Positions 42,247 through 52,511 of a DNA stretch of 64,000 nucleotides are shown piece by piece; position 1 is the first letter of the stretch, and each line of letters begins with the position of its first letter. Source of the stretch: a bacterium (lineage in GTDB: Bacteria; UBA8248); assembly GCA_965199855.1 (NCBI GenBank), contig OZ241326.1, positions 1,120,001 through 1,184,000 of the forward strand, given 5' to 3'. Under the pieces are notes generated by a model. That model ran no database searches and had not been told where the DNA came from. It worked only from the letters and a program-made list of their open reading frames with translations. Position numbers and translations under genes: made by a program.

Positions 42247-43479
42247 TCACGCGTCGATCACCCGGAAGCTCCTGTCCTGCGGGATGAGCATCTCCCAGCC
42301 GTTTTCCTTCACGACCACCGAGTATTCGATCTGGTAGCCCCCGTAGCCGAAGGTGCCCACCGGAGCCTCGATGTTGATGACCGAATCGGCGGGCAGGGGG
42401 ATTTCGGAGGAAGGCGGCAGAAACGGCTGGTCGTGTCTGGATTCGTCCCCCAGGATGAAGGGGAACTCCCTCGCCTCCAGCCCCACCGTGTGGCCGGCGA
42501 ACGGGGCGTCGAACTCGGGAAAGCGCGATTGGACGCCCTTGATCAGCGCCTGGTATATCCGGCTTCCCGTGCAGCCGGCCCGGATCACCTCCAGGCACTC
42601 GTGAAATCCCTCTTCGATGCCCTTCCACTCGCGCCGCGTTCGCGCGCTCGGCTCGCCGATGGAGCCGCAGCTTCCCGTGTCGGCGTTGTAGTTCCGGTAA
42701 AAAAGCCCGGCGTCGAACATGAAGTGGTCGCCTTTTTCGAGCTTTCTGTCCGTGGGCGGGAAGATGAAGACGCTCCTCGCGCCGCTGTTGAAGTGGAACC
42801 AGTGCCACATGCCGCCGGGCCGGGCCACCGCCTGCCGCCAGACCTCGGCGACCTCGCGCTCGCTCACGCCCTCGCGCGCGAAGTCGAACACCTCGGAGAT
42901 GGCGTCCTCGTTCACCTGCGCCGCCTGGCGCAGGCGATCGAGCTCGTCCGCCGTCTTCACGAGACGGGTCATCAGGAAGAGCCCCGAGCCGGGGATGAAC
43001 TCGCAGCCCGGGAGCTTCTCCTTGAGCGCGCTGAACAGGCTGTCCGGGCAGCCCTCCTCATCCAGGGCGATTCTGCCCGAGGTGATTCCGCGATCCTTCA
43101 GCGCCGCCAGCAGGCCGTCGAGAAGGGTGGAGTGCCTGGCGCCGCTCTCGTGAAGCGCGAGATAGCGCCTCATCTCGTCGTCGTGGGGCTCATACCCTTC
43201 CGGCTCGATGTGATACGCCTGTCCTCCCCAGACGTAGACGTTTTCCGCGTGTCCGCCATAGGCGGCGTAGTAGGTGTTGTCCGCGCGGTTCATGACGAGG
43301 TCTGTCCCCGAGGCCGGGTCGCCGGTGAGCAGGGCGCAGCTCTTTCGCGCCCGATACACCCGCTGCGCCCAGCCGATGTGCCCCGTCAGGTAGGTGACGT
43401 TCTCCATCGTGGTGCCGATCATGGCCGCCACGTCGTGCTCCCGCATCAGTTCCAGCGCGCGTTCCTTGTTGTAGAGCAT
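42247..43479 (-). CDS. M24 (Xaa-Pro peptidase/creatinase-like) family protein
   Basis: ENVTYLTG, RLVKT…E, D…YNAD, GHTVGLE, E and E metal ligands. Confidence 0.85.
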   Translation of the reverse strand: MLYNKERALELMREHDVAAMIGTTMENVTYLTGHIGWAQRVYRARKSCALLTGDPASGTDLVMNRADNTYYAAYGGHAENVYVWGGQAYHIEPEGYEPHDDEMRRYLALHESGARHSTLLDGLLAALKDRGITSGRIALDEEGCPDSLFSALKEKLPGCEFIPGSGLFLMTRLVKTADELDRLRQAAQVNEDAISEVFDFAREGVSEREVAEVWRQAVARPGGMWHWFHFNSGARSVFIFPPTDRKLEKGDHFMFDAGLFYRNYNADTGSCGSIGEPSARTRREWKGIEEGFHECLEVIRAGCTGSRIYQALIKGVQSRFPEFDAPFAGHTVGLEAREFPFILGDESRHDQPFLPPSSEIPLPADSVINIEAPVGTFGYGGYQIEYSVVVKENGWEMLIPQDRSFRVIDA

Positions 43480-43655
43480 GTTGCGTCTCCCCGATAAATG
43501 CTTCGGCTTCGTGGAATTCGTCGGAAAATGTCCCTGGGGAATGTGTAGCACAGCCGGGCCGCTTCGGGCGAGGCGCGGACGCTTGACAGATGCGGGCGGG
43601 GTTTATATGAGAACGAGAGCGCATGGCTCATCGTTTCCAGGGGAGGACGCCGCGC

Positions 43656-44231
43656 GTGGAACTGGATCGTCCGAGCGCCGAGGCGCTTTTGTTCGAGTGG
43701 ACGAAAAGCCCGAATCTGCGGGCGCACGCCCGGGCGGTGGAGGCCGCCCTGCGCGCCTACGCGAGGAAGTTCGGGGAGGACGAGGCGCTCTGGGGAGTCA
43801 CCGGCCTGCTGCACGACATGGATTACGAGAAGCATCCCGCGCCGGAGGAGCACCCAGAAGTCGGCTGCGCGGCGTTGCGCGAGAAGGGCTACCCGGAGGA
43901 GATGATACGGGCCATCCTCGGACACGCGCAGTATCTGGGGGTGCCCAGGGAGACGCGCCTCGCCCGGGCGCTTTTCGCGGTGGACGAGCTCGTGGGCCTC
44001 ATCACCGCCGTCGCCCTGGTGAATCCGGCGAAGGACGTTCGCCAGGTGAAGCTCAGGAGCGTGCGGAAGAAATGGAAGGACAAGGCCTTCGCCAAGGGCG
44101 TGAACCGCCAGGACGTGGAGACGGGCGCCGCCGAGCTGGGGGTGCCTCTGGAGGAGCACGTCGCCTTCACGCTGGAGGCCATGCAGGGCGTCGCCGGGGA
44201 TTTGGGACTCGACGGTTCGCTCGCCCGCTGA
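43656..44231 (+). CDS. HD/HDIG-domain metal-dependent hydrolase
   Basis: H…GLLHDMDYE…H…AILGH…DEL; FAKGVNR; GGAGGA RBS before the GTG at 43656. Confidence 0.88.
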   Translation: MELDRPSAEALLFEWTKSPNLRAHARAVEAALRAYARKFGEDEALWGVTGLLHDMDYEKHPAPEEHPEVGCAALREKGYPEEMIRAILGHAQYLGVPRETRLARALFAVDELVGLITAVALVNPAKDVRQVKLRSVRKKWKDKAFAKGVNRQDVETGAAELGVPLEEHVAFTLEAMQGVAGDLGLDGSLAR

Positions 44232-44269
44232 TGTCCTTGATTTTTTTGAAAAAACATCATCGTTTCGCG

Positions 44270-44298
44270 TTGACGATGGGGGTTGATTTCCGCATAAT
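44270..44298 (+). promoter_or_regulatory. Putative sigma70 promoter of the OFOR operon
   Basis: TTGACG-N17-CATAAT. Confidence 0.6.
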
Positions 44299-44451
44299 TC
44301 CCGCTTTGTCGGCTGAGCGATGAATCGCCAACGGGATTCACACGGGTCATGCTCATAAAAGGCATGGACAAGATGCGGCCTCTCGCGGTGAACGAAACCC
44401 TCCTTGTATCCTCCAACGCCACATCAACCCACTGAAAGGACATCTAAAGCG

Positions 44452-46308
44452 ATGGCTGAGTCTTCAGGGAAGAGCGGGGCTGGGAAGCAGCTTGTTGAGC
44501 TCGAAACGGTGGCGATTCGCTTCGCCGGCGACTCCGGCGACGGGATGCAGCTCACGGGAGACAGGTTCACGAACGCGGCGGCCATCGCCGGGAACGACCT
44601 GAGCACGTTTCCGGACTTTCCGGCGGAGATTCGCGCGCCGGTGGGAACCCTGGCCGGCGTGAGCGGGTTCCAGATCAACTTCTCGAGCAGGGACATTCAT
44701 ACCCCCGGCGACGCCGTGGATGTTCTGGTGGCGATGAACCCCGCCGCCCTCAAGACGAGCATCGGCGACCTCAAGAGCGGCGGCATCGTCATCGCCAACG
44801 TGGACAATTTCGGGCAGAAGAATCTCGATAAGGCGGGCTACGAGTCGAACCCCCTGGAGGATGAGGAGTTCAGACGCAGCTACCAGGTCCACGAGGTGAA
44901 GATCACCTCCATGACGCGGCAGGCGCTCGAGGACATGGAGCTTCAGACCAACCTGGCGGATCGGTGCAAGAACTTCTTCGCGCTGGGTCTCATGTACTGG
45001 ATGTATTCGCGCCCGCTCGATCCCACGAAGCAGTGGATCGAGGAGAAGTTCGGCAAGCGCCCCGAATTCGTGCAGGCCAACACGCGCGCGCTCGAGGCGG
45101 GCTATTTCTTCGGCGAGAACACCGAAGTGTTCACCAGCAACTACATCGTGCGCGAGGCGGCCTACCCGGCCGGCAGGTACAGGAACATATCGGGCAACGT
45201 CGCCCTGGCCTACGGCTTCATCGCGGCGACGAAGAAAATGGGCGTCAGCCTCTTCTGGGGCGCCTATCCGATCACGCCCGCCAGCGACGTTCTCCACGAA
45301 CTCTCCCGGCACAAGAACTTCGGGGTGCAGACGTTCCAGGCCGAGGACGAAATCGCCGCGGTGTCCGCCGCGCTCGGCGCCTCGTTCGCGGGCTCGCTCG
45401 GCGTGACCTGCTCGAGCGGCCCCGGCATCGCCCTCAAGGCCGAAGCCATGGGACTGGGCGTGATGACGGAGCTTCCCATGGTCGTCGCCGACATCCAGCG
45501 GGGCGGCCCCAGCACCGGCCTTCCGACGAAGACCGAGCAGGCCGACCTGCTCCAGGTGATGTTCGGCCGCAACAGCGAAAGCCCGCTGCCCGTCGTGGCG
45601 GCGGCGACCCCGGGGGACTGCTTCTGGACGGCCATCGAGGCGTGCCGCCTGGCGGTGAAATACATGACCCCCGTGGTGCTTTTGAGCGACGGCTATCTGG
45701 CCAACGGCTCGGAGCCCTGGCTCCTGCCCAGGGCCTCCGACATTCCCGAGATGCCGGTGGTCTTCCGGACGGAGCCGGAGGGCTTCCTGCCCTACGAGCG
45801 CGACCCCGAAACGCTGGCGCGCCCCTGGGCGGTTCCGGGAACGCCCGGACTCGAGCACAGAATCGGCGGAATCGAGAAGCAGGACGGCACCGGGAACGTC
45901 AACTACGAGCCCGAGAACCACGAATACATGGTCCGCACGCGCGCGGCGAAGATTGAGGGCATCGCCGGGGACATCCCGCCCGCCGAGGTCATCGGCGAGA
46001 AGAGCGGCAAGGTTCTCGTCATCGGCTGGGGCGGCACCTTCGGCGCCATCACGGCGGCGATCGAGGCGCTGCAGGCGCGCGGCGCCTCCGTCTCCCAGGT
46101 GCACCTCCGCCATCTGAACCCCTTCCCGGCGAACCTGGAAGAGGTGATGAGCGGCTTTGAAGCCATTCTCGTCCCTGAACTGAACATGGGGCAGCTCTCC
46201 AAGATGCTCCGCTACCGGTTCCTCGTCGATACGGTCAGCTTCAGCAAGGTTCAGGGAAAGCCCTTCAAGGTCGGCGAACTCATCACCAAGATCGAGGAGT
46301 TGCTCTAA
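44452..46308 (+). CDS. korA: 2-oxoacid:ferredoxin oxidoreductase alpha subunit (KorA-type)
   Basis: FAGDSGDGMQ, YPITP, QAEDE, SSGPG, QRGGPSTGLPT. Confidence 0.92.
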   Translation: MAESSGKSGAGKQLVELETVAIRFAGDSGDGMQLTGDRFTNAAAIAGNDLSTFPDFPAEIRAPVGTLAGVSGFQINFSSRDIHTPGDAVDVLVAMNPAALKTSIGDLKSGGIVIANVDNFGQKNLDKAGYESNPLEDEEFRRSYQVHEVKITSMTRQALEDMELQTNLADRCKNFFALGLMYWMYSRPLDPTKQWIEEKFGKRPEFVQANTRALEAGYFFGENTEVFTSNYIVREAAYPAGRYRNISGNVALAYGFIAATKKMGVSLFWGAYPITPASDVLHELSRHKNFGVQTFQAEDEIAAVSAALGASFAGSLGVTCSSGPGIALKAEAMGLGVMTELPMVVADIQRGGPSTGLPTKTEQADLLQVMFGRNSESPLPVVAAATPGDCFWTAIEACRLAVKYMTPVVLLSDGYLANGSEPWLLPRASDIPEMPVVFRTEPEGFLPYERDPETLARPWAVPGTPGLEHRIGGIEKQDGTGNVNYEPENHEYMVRTRAAKIEGIAGDIPPAEVIGEKSGKVLVIGWGGTFGAITAAIEALQARGASVSQVHLRHLNPFPANLEEVMSGFEAILVPELNMGQLSKMLRYRFLVDTVSFSKVQGKPFKVGELITKIEELL

Positions 46309-47331
46309 ATGGCTACGACGACAGCGAAGAACGGGGGCGGGCTGGGCCTCACGCGCAAGGATTTCCAGTCCGACCAGGTCGTGCGCTGGTGCCCCGGCTG
46401 CGGAGACTACGCGATTCTCGCCCAGATGCAGAAGGTTTTGCCGAACCTCGGGATTCCGCGCGAGAAATTCGTCTTCATCTCCGGCATCGGCTGCGCGGCG
46501 CGCTTTCCCTACTACATGGACACCTTCGGTTTCCATACGATTCACGGGCGCGCGCCGGCCTTCGCCACGGGCGTGAAGGCGAGCAATCCGGATTTGTCCG
46601 TCTGGGTCATCAGCGGCGACGGCGACGCGCTGAGCATCGGCGGAAACCACCTGATTCACGCCATGCGCCGGAACGTGGGCGTGAAGATCGTCCTCTTCAA
46701 CAACCGCGTCTATGGACTGACCAAGGGGCAGTATTCGCCCACCTCCCTTCTGGGCTCCCGCACGAAGTCCACTCCCATCGGCTCGGTGGACTATCCGCTC
46801 CACCCGCTGACGCTGGCCGTCGGGGCGGAGTGCAGCTTCGTCGCCCGCACCTCGGACAGGGATCAGAAGCACATGGCCTCGATGTTCGAGGAGATGGCGC
46901 GCCACGAGGGGGCGTCCATCCTCGAGGTGCTCCAGAACTGCATCGTGTTCAACGACGGGGCGTGGCACAAATACACCGAGAAGGGCCTGAAGGAGCAGAA
47001 CGTCCTCTATCTCGAGGACGGCCGGCCCCTCGTCTATGGCCCGGCGGACGACCGCAAGGGGATTTCCCTGAGCGACTACCGGATCGGGATCGTCGCGCCC
47101 GACTCGCCCGAGGTCGCCACCCATCGCGTGGACGACGAGACGGGCGCATACGCCCACGTGCTGAGCCGGGTCGAGCTGGAGGGCGGCCCCGTGCCGCTCG
47201 GCGTCCTGAGAAAGGTGGAGCGTCCGCCCTTCGAGGGGCTGATGGCGGAGCAGGTGGCGGCGGCCGAGGCGAAGGGCGAGGGCGACATCGACGCCCTGCT
47301 CAATTCGGGAGACACCTGGGAGCACCAATAG
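46309..47331 (+). CDS. korB: 2-oxoacid:ferredoxin oxidoreductase beta subunit
   Basis: WCPGCG, SGIGC, TIHGR, GDGD…NN TPP-binding motif, YGLTKGQ. Confidence 0.92.
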   Translation: MATTTAKNGGGLGLTRKDFQSDQVVRWCPGCGDYAILAQMQKVLPNLGIPREKFVFISGIGCAARFPYYMDTFGFHTIHGRAPAFATGVKASNPDLSVWVISGDGDALSIGGNHLIHAMRRNVGVKIVLFNNRVYGLTKGQYSPTSLLGSRTKSTPIGSVDYPLHPLTLAVGAECSFVARTSDRDQKHMASMFEEMARHEGASILEVLQNCIVFNDGAWHKYTEKGLKEQNVLYLEDGRPLVYGPADDRKGISLSDYRIGIVAPDSPEVATHRVDDETGAYAHVLSRVELEGGPVPLGVLRKVERPPFEGLMAEQVAAAEAKGEGDIDALLNSGDTWEHQ

Positions 47332-47347
47332 TTTCGGGCAGCTGCGG

Positions 47348-47381
47348 GGGCCGTCGGAATTCGTTCCGGCGGCCCTTTTTT
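47348..47381 (+). terminator. Rho-independent terminator after korB
   Basis: GGGCCGTCGGAA-TTCG-TTCCGGCGGCCC followed by TTTTTT. Confidence 0.8.
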
Positions 47382-47419
47382 CCCGCTTGCGGGCGATTCA
47401 TTCATCGCGTCGGGTCCTC

Positions 47420-48289
47420 ATGTCCAGAGTTTCCACCCTTCTCCTCGTTCACGCGCACCCGGATGACGAATGCAGCGGCACGGGCGGCCTGATTCTCAAG
47501 AGCGCGCGCGAGGGGCGCCGCGTCGTCCTCGTCACCTGCACGAACGGCGAGATGGGCGATACGAAGAACATGGGCGTGTATCTGTCCCCCGACTCCGAGC
47601 TGACGAGGAGGGTGCTGGGGCGAATCAGGAGATGGGAACTCGCGCGGGCGGCGCGCATCCTGCGAATCTCCCGCGTCCACGCCCTGGGCTATCGGGACTC
47701 CGGCATGGAGGAGTGGAAGTCGAACCGGCATCCCGAAGCCTTCATCAACGCGGACAAGGAAGAGGTCGTGAGGAGGCTCGCGGGCTATATTCGCCGCTAC
47801 CGCCCGGAAGTGGTCGTCACCTACAACGAGCGGGGCGGATACGGCCACCCCGACCACGTGATGGCGAACAGGACGGCCACGGAGGCGCTGGAGGCGGCCG
47901 CCGACCCGGAGCGGTTTTCGGACGGCGGCCGGGAAGCCTGGCGGGTTCCGAAGTTCTACCACGCGGCGTGGTCGCGCTCGAAGATGCTGCGCGCCTGGCG
48001 CTGGATGAAGCGCCTGGGGCAGAAGACGCCGCTCGACGATCCGGATTTCGACCAGGAGCGCTTCGGGACGCCGGATGAGGACATCACCACCCGCGTGAAC
48101 GTAAGCCGCCACCTGCGCCGCAAATGGCGCGCGCTCACGGCGCACGAGAGCCAGATCAACGGAAACTTCTTCTGGTGGTTCACCCGCATGACGGGCCGCT
48201 GGCTCTACGGCGAGGAGTCCTTCGTCCGCGTCCATCCGCCGCCGGCGCCGGGGGAGAGCGAGACTTCGGTGTTCGACGGCCTAGACTGA
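47420..48289 (+). CDS. PIG-L family deacetylase (MshB/Mca-like)
   Basis: HAHPDDE, TNGEMG, YRDSGM, GGYGHPDH, AHESQ. Confidence 0.9.
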   Translation: MSRVSTLLLVHAHPDDECSGTGGLILKSAREGRRVVLVTCTNGEMGDTKNMGVYLSPDSELTRRVLGRIRRWELARAARILRISRVHALGYRDSGMEEWKSNRHPEAFINADKEEVVRRLAGYIRRYRPEVVVTYNERGGYGHPDHVMANRTATEALEAAADPERFSDGGREAWRVPKFYHAAWSRSKMLRAWRWMKRLGQKTPLDDPDFDQERFGTPDEDITTRVNVSRHLRRKWRALTAHESQINGNFFWWFTRMTGRWLYGEESFVRVHPPPAPGESETSVFDGLD

Positions 48290-48679
48290 GCCGGGCGGAA
48301 TCGGCGCGCTCACCTCGATCAAAAACCCGTTCGGGTCCCTCAGCATGAACATTCTCACGCCCCAGGGCGCGTTCCGGGGCGCGAAGAGGATATCCGCCCC
48401 CTTTGCGAGGAGCGCGTCGTAGGCTTCGTCCACGTCCCCGGGCGCGAGGGTGAGGACGACGCCCGAGCCTCTCGGCTCCCGGAGCGGCTCGAGCCCCCAC
48501 CGCCTCATCTCCGCGTCCGGAATCGGGGCGTGAACCACGAGCGAGACGCCCCCCAGCGCGTAGCGCGCGTGATCCTTCGCCCGGCTCGCCTCTTTCAGCC
48601 CCAGCGTCTCGCCGTAGAAGCGGAGCGACGCCTCGTAGTCCCTCGTGATGAGGAAGACGGCGGGCAGGGCGCGGAACAA
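48281..48679 (-). CDS. VOC/glyoxalase family protein
   Basis: FYGETLGL, PWGVRMFMLRDPNGFLIEV. Confidence 0.88.
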   Translation of the reverse strand: MFRALPAVFLITRDYEASLRFYGETLGLKEASRAKDHARYALGGVSLVVHAPIPDAEMRRWGLEPLREPRGSGVVLTLAPGDVDEAYDALLAKGADILFAPRNAPWGVRMFMLRDPNGFLIEVSAPIPPGSV

Positions 48680-48763
48680 GGCGACGGCTCCCGGCGCGGG
48701 GGCGGGCGGCGCGGGGCGAGCGTATCACGGTTCGGACGCCCGGCGGGGGCCGTTTTTCCGGAA

Positions 48764-48992
48764 ATCGCGCGCGTTTGCCCGCACCTGCCCGCATTTGCGG
48801 CTGCGCGGGCGCGGCCGGAGGGGGTATGTTGGAGATGTTCGGGAGGCGCCCCGGGCGCGCGGGAGACGACAAGAGGGGAGTGAAGCGGGATGATTCGGAG
48901 ACGGAGCGGGGGCGTCAAAGGGGTGGAAAAAGGACGGGAAACAGCTGTCAATTTGTCGGAAAAGGCCGTGAATTTGTCTGTTTTTGTCGAAA
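48764..48992 (-). repeat. Dispersed ~230-bp element, copy 2
   Basis: Reverse complement reads TTTCGACAAAAACAGACAAATTCACGGCCTTTTCCGACAAATTGACAGCTGTTT…CCCCTTTGACG…CGCAAATGCGGGCAGGTGCGGGCAAACGCGCGCGATT, colinear with 9498-9720. Confidence 0.75.
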
Positions 48993-49297
48993 TGGGTCTG
49001 AAATTGCCCAAGCGGCGCCGTTCCCGCTTGCGCGGCCGCGCGGCCGCGTTCGGGGTTCCGCAGGGGCGGTTCTCGAACCGCCCGCGCAATGACGCCGCCC
49101 GCCTGCTGTCTTCCTTGCGGCGCACGGCGGCGTTGGCTAGATTGCGGGTCTGATTCCATGCGACGGGAGCCTCGCGCCCGCCAAGCGCGGCGGGATCTGA
49201 AAAATGTAAAATGACAATCGCTAGCATTGATACCCATTCTGTCTAAAGGCTGAAACCTGCCTATTCGCTGAAACGAATCCGCAAGAAAGTTGATCTG

Positions 49298-50191
49298 ATG
49301 GACACAAGAGAAATTCTGGAATCGGCATCTACGCACCTTCAAAGCCTGATCGGACATGTGTTTGACGTTATAGAGATTTCTAAACCGAAGACGCTGGACG
49401 CGGCGGTGAACCTTTCAAAAATTGTCTCGAAACTTTCCTCTTTTCTTGGAAGTTTAATCGAATTCGATACAGTCGAGTTTCTGAACGCTCAATCAGAGTA
49501 TCGAGCATTTGGTGAGTGGAAGCGCCAGGACCCTGGATTTCCCGATACTGTTTTCGCCGGCTCTGTTGCGCCTACGCCAGGCTTCGAGATCAAGGCATGG
49601 TTTCCTCTTGCAACGGAAATAACGGCGCGGTTCAAGGACACTCAAATTCATTTCGAGCAAGATCAGACTTGCGTCTGTATGCTTGCCTGGTTGCCGGATC
49701 GATTGATTTTCGGCAAGCCGACCATCATTGATGTTTGCATTGTCTCGGGTCGCTCAGTAGCGGAAGCGCGTGACAATCATTACCACAATCCGCCCGATTA
49801 CCTGGTAATCGAACCGGAGGATACAACAAGACGCACCCGAAATCTCCAACAGACCAACACGAACGGCTACAAGTTTCAGGGATCGCCAGATCAATTCGCC
49901 CAAGCGCGAAAAATCGTTGAGGGCTGGGGCCCGCAAGCGTGTTCCTATCAGACGGCTTATGAATATCAAGCCCGGCTACGGCGCCTGCTTGGAGCCTTCC
50001 CCTACCGACTCGACACGAATTTCGCCAAGATGGACAGGATCATGCATGCGGATATCGAAGATTTCAAACAGCGAGTATTAGGAAAAGAATTATACGGTTC
50101 GAGTATCAAGGAATGGAATCGCTTGCTCTACAGGGGGTCCGAGGAGGCCAAGCGGCAAAAACTTGATTCCCTTGTCCAATTCAAAACCTGA
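49298..50191 (+). CDS. Putative type II restriction endonuclease (PD-(D/E)xK)
   Basis: E…GFPD…GFEIK catalytic-type motif; lower GC than the flanks; convergent with a DNA methyltransferase (10-bp gap). Confidence 0.7.
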   Translation: MDTREILESASTHLQSLIGHVFDVIEISKPKTLDAAVNLSKIVSKLSSFLGSLIEFDTVEFLNAQSEYRAFGEWKRQDPGFPDTVFAGSVAPTPGFEIKAWFPLATEITARFKDTQIHFEQDQTCVCMLAWLPDRLIFGKPTIIDVCIVSGRSVAEARDNHYHNPPDYLVIEPEDTTRRTRNLQQTNTNGYKFQGSPDQFAQARKIVEGWGPQACSYQTAYEYQARLRRLLGAFPYRLDTNFAKMDRIMHADIEDFKQRVLGKELYGSSIKEWNRLLYRGSEEAKRQKLDSLVQFKT

Positions 50192-50201
50192 CCAAGGGAA
50201 A

Positions 50202-51269
50202 TCAGCGAGACTCCTCAATGAGACGTTTTATCCCATAGTGGAAATACACAGGATTTATTTCTCCTCCGAAACTGCGTCTTCGTCCCGAGCGTGCAGCAAC
50301 GCACGCCGTGAACAAGCCCCCGAACGGCTCCCAGACAACGTCGCCTTCATCTGACGACGCGCGGATGAGCATGTTTATTAAGTCGAGGGGTTTCTGGTTG
50401 AGGTGGACAGCTTTGCCCGAATCTCCGTTGAGTTTGTACCGTTCCGGACCTCTGAGTGCCGGGCGATCCCATACGTTGGTGAAGCCATGCGGGCAGTCAA
50501 ACTTTGGGCGCATCGCAACCCATTGCTCCGCCGTTCCCGGTTGTTCGCCGTCGATGGAAAAATACGGCCGCCCGGTTGGATCGCCATGAAGATTCGCATA
50601 CTCCTGCATTCGGACGAACATTTCCGGAGGCGGGAAGTACCATAGATGCCCTTGGTCCAAGTATTTTCGCACGGCTGCGTCCGCAACGCCGCAGGCTGTG
50701 TTGGCTTTGCGAAGCGGTAGCCCGGTTCGTTTCCATTCCCGCAGAAGCCACTTTTTCAAGGCGAGCCCGTCAATGCGAGCCTCATACACGTATTGCACGC
50801 AAATTTCGGAGACAACGGGGAATCGTCGGATCCGGCGCGTGTTCACGTTGCCTGCAATGTGCCCTTTGCCCTTGTTCCATATATTGGCGTTTACGTAGCG
50901 CCATCCGTGCGCTTCCAATACGGGGTGAACCGCCGCCCAGCCGATTTCCGAGTTCCAGAACCAAAGAGTCGTCGCAGGCGTCGCGCGCTTTGACCATGCC
51001 ACAATGTGCGGGTAATACCAGTCCGGCAAATCCAGATGATCGGAGGTGTCTCCCTCGAACCCCAGGACGCCATAACCGCCGTCAGATACGATGACGGTTG
51101 GAGCGTCCCAATCGTCGTAGAAATCCAAGCTGTTTCCCTGTTGCACGCATACGAATTTGTCTGACCACTTGCTGGGCGTTTCTGCGGTGGGGATGGAGTT
51201 TGCCCTCCGACCGCGCCCTACGGTGCTTATCGGGGTAGGCCGCCTAGTTAGTATTCCTGGTATTGGCAC
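50202..51269 (-). CDS. Amino-DNA methyltransferase (N4-C/N6-A, beta-class motif order)
   Basis: Motif IV variant SDGGY near the N-terminus, IWNK, H-x-NQKP, motif I WEPFGG near the C-terminus; start uncertain. Confidence 0.88.
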   Translation of the reverse strand: MPIPGILTRRPTPISTVGRGRRANSIPTAETPSKWSDKFVCVQQGNSLDFYDDWDAPTVIVSDGGYGVLGFEGDTSDHLDLPDWYYPHIVAWSKRATPATTLWFWNSEIGWAAVHPVLEAHGWRYVNANIWNKGKGHIAGNVNTRRIRRFPVVSEICVQYVYEARIDGLALKKWLLREWKRTGLPLRKANTACGVADAAVRKYLDQGHLWYFPPPEMFVRMQEYANLHGDPTGRPYFSIDGEQPGTAEQWVAMRPKFDCPHGFTNVWDRPALRGPERYKLNGDSGKAVHLNQKPLDLINMLIRASSDEGDVVWEPFGGLFTACVAARSGRRRSFGGEINPVYFHYGIKRLIEESR

Positions 51270-51499
51270 GCGAAACTCCCATGGCTTTTATGTCGTAAAG
51301 TGTCTGTTCATAATAACGCGATGGAGGGCATTTGCAAGGGTTTGGGTGGTATCTTGCGAATAGGTTTATGAAGATTTTGTTGGTGAAGCGGAGCAAGACG
51401 TCTGGTTCAGGTTAACGTATTTCTTCATGCGCTTGGGTGGGCCGAGCGCATGAGAGGGCCTTCCTTGCGTCCCAGCGTGCCCTTAGCTAGGAGAAATAG

Positions 51500-52139
51500 G
51501 GTGACTAACACAGGGAAGATTTATGCTGTAGTAAATTTTTTGGCGGCGTGCCGAATTAAAACGGAGATAATAATTCTGATTTTGGCGATAGTAGTCTTTT
51601 TGATTCCATCTGTAGAGAAATGGATGAAACTCGAGGAGGGGATAGCTTTTTTGATAGCGCTCTTGGCGTTCACGAACGTTTTGGCACCCTACTTAGAGAA
51701 AAGAATGCGACCAAAGGAGTACATATATCTTGCTTGGGTTGAGAATATGAAAAGCTTGGTGCTACTTGATTATCGACAATTTGAGTGGCAGGGAGGAGAT
51801 ACAATGATTATTCCAGTGCCGGAACCAAAACATTTGACTGTTAAAGGGCCGGGGATTACTTCGGCTTTAATGTTATTAATTCTGGAAAGTTGGGGGGAAG
51901 CTTGGATGGGCATTGAGGGGATGGAACCAGCAACTAGATACCATCCTAATCCACCATTTAACAAAGTTAAGATAAGGACAAATGATTTAGATGAACAGGG
52001 GGACGCGATAACTCGCGAATATCTGTCGTCGTCTAAGGATGACGGGCTGTATTATTCCGTTCAAGGAATTGAATGGTGGAATACGGCGGAGTGGAATAAG
52101 GACAGAAGAATTCAAATCAGGCAGAATAGGAAGAAATAA
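51500..52139 (+). CDS. AT-rich orphan membrane protein (two N-terminal TM helices plus soluble domain)
   Basis: AGGAG RBS before the GTG at 51500; hydrophobic IIILILAIVVFLI and IAFLIALLAFTNVLA; markedly AT-rich codon usage. Confidence 0.65.
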
Positions 52140-52174
52140 CGGAGAAAGGGGATGAGCAGAGAGTAGAAGGATTT

Positions 52175-52435
52175 GTGGTGCGCGAGCGCGTCTCTCTGTG
52201 GGGCATTCCGCCCGAGGCGCATGACTACGCCGTGAACGGCAGGACGCCGCTCGCTTGGTTCATCGACCGCTACCGGATTAGGCGGGACAAGCACAGCGGC
52301 ATCGTGAACGACCCCAACGGCTGGTTCGCGCGGCCGGAGGATTTCATCGCGGCGATTCGGCGGATAGTCCACCTGAGCGTGGAGACCGCCCGCGTCGTCC
52401 GCGCCCTGCCGGCTTCGATGGAAAACGCCGAATGA
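52175..52435 (+). pseudogene. C-terminal remnant of a Type ISP restriction-modification enzyme
   Basis: GIPPEAHDYAVNGRTPLAWFIDRY…DKHSGIVNDPNGW…RIVHLSVETARVVRALP resembles the conserved C-terminus of LlaGI/LlaBIII-like Type ISP proteins; only ~86 codons remain and GC returns abruptly to host level. Confidence 0.75.
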
Positions 52436-52511
52436 CTTGAACGGGCGTCATGGCCGGCGTCTCCCGACAAGGCGGCGGGATTGCGGAATCCATCGCTTTC
52501 CCGCCGATCCT

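Noticed and set aside
47420-48289. Calling the PIG-L deacetylase mshB (mycothiol pathway)
   Set aside because: The motifs are shared by the whole PIG-L family and no other msh genes are nearby.
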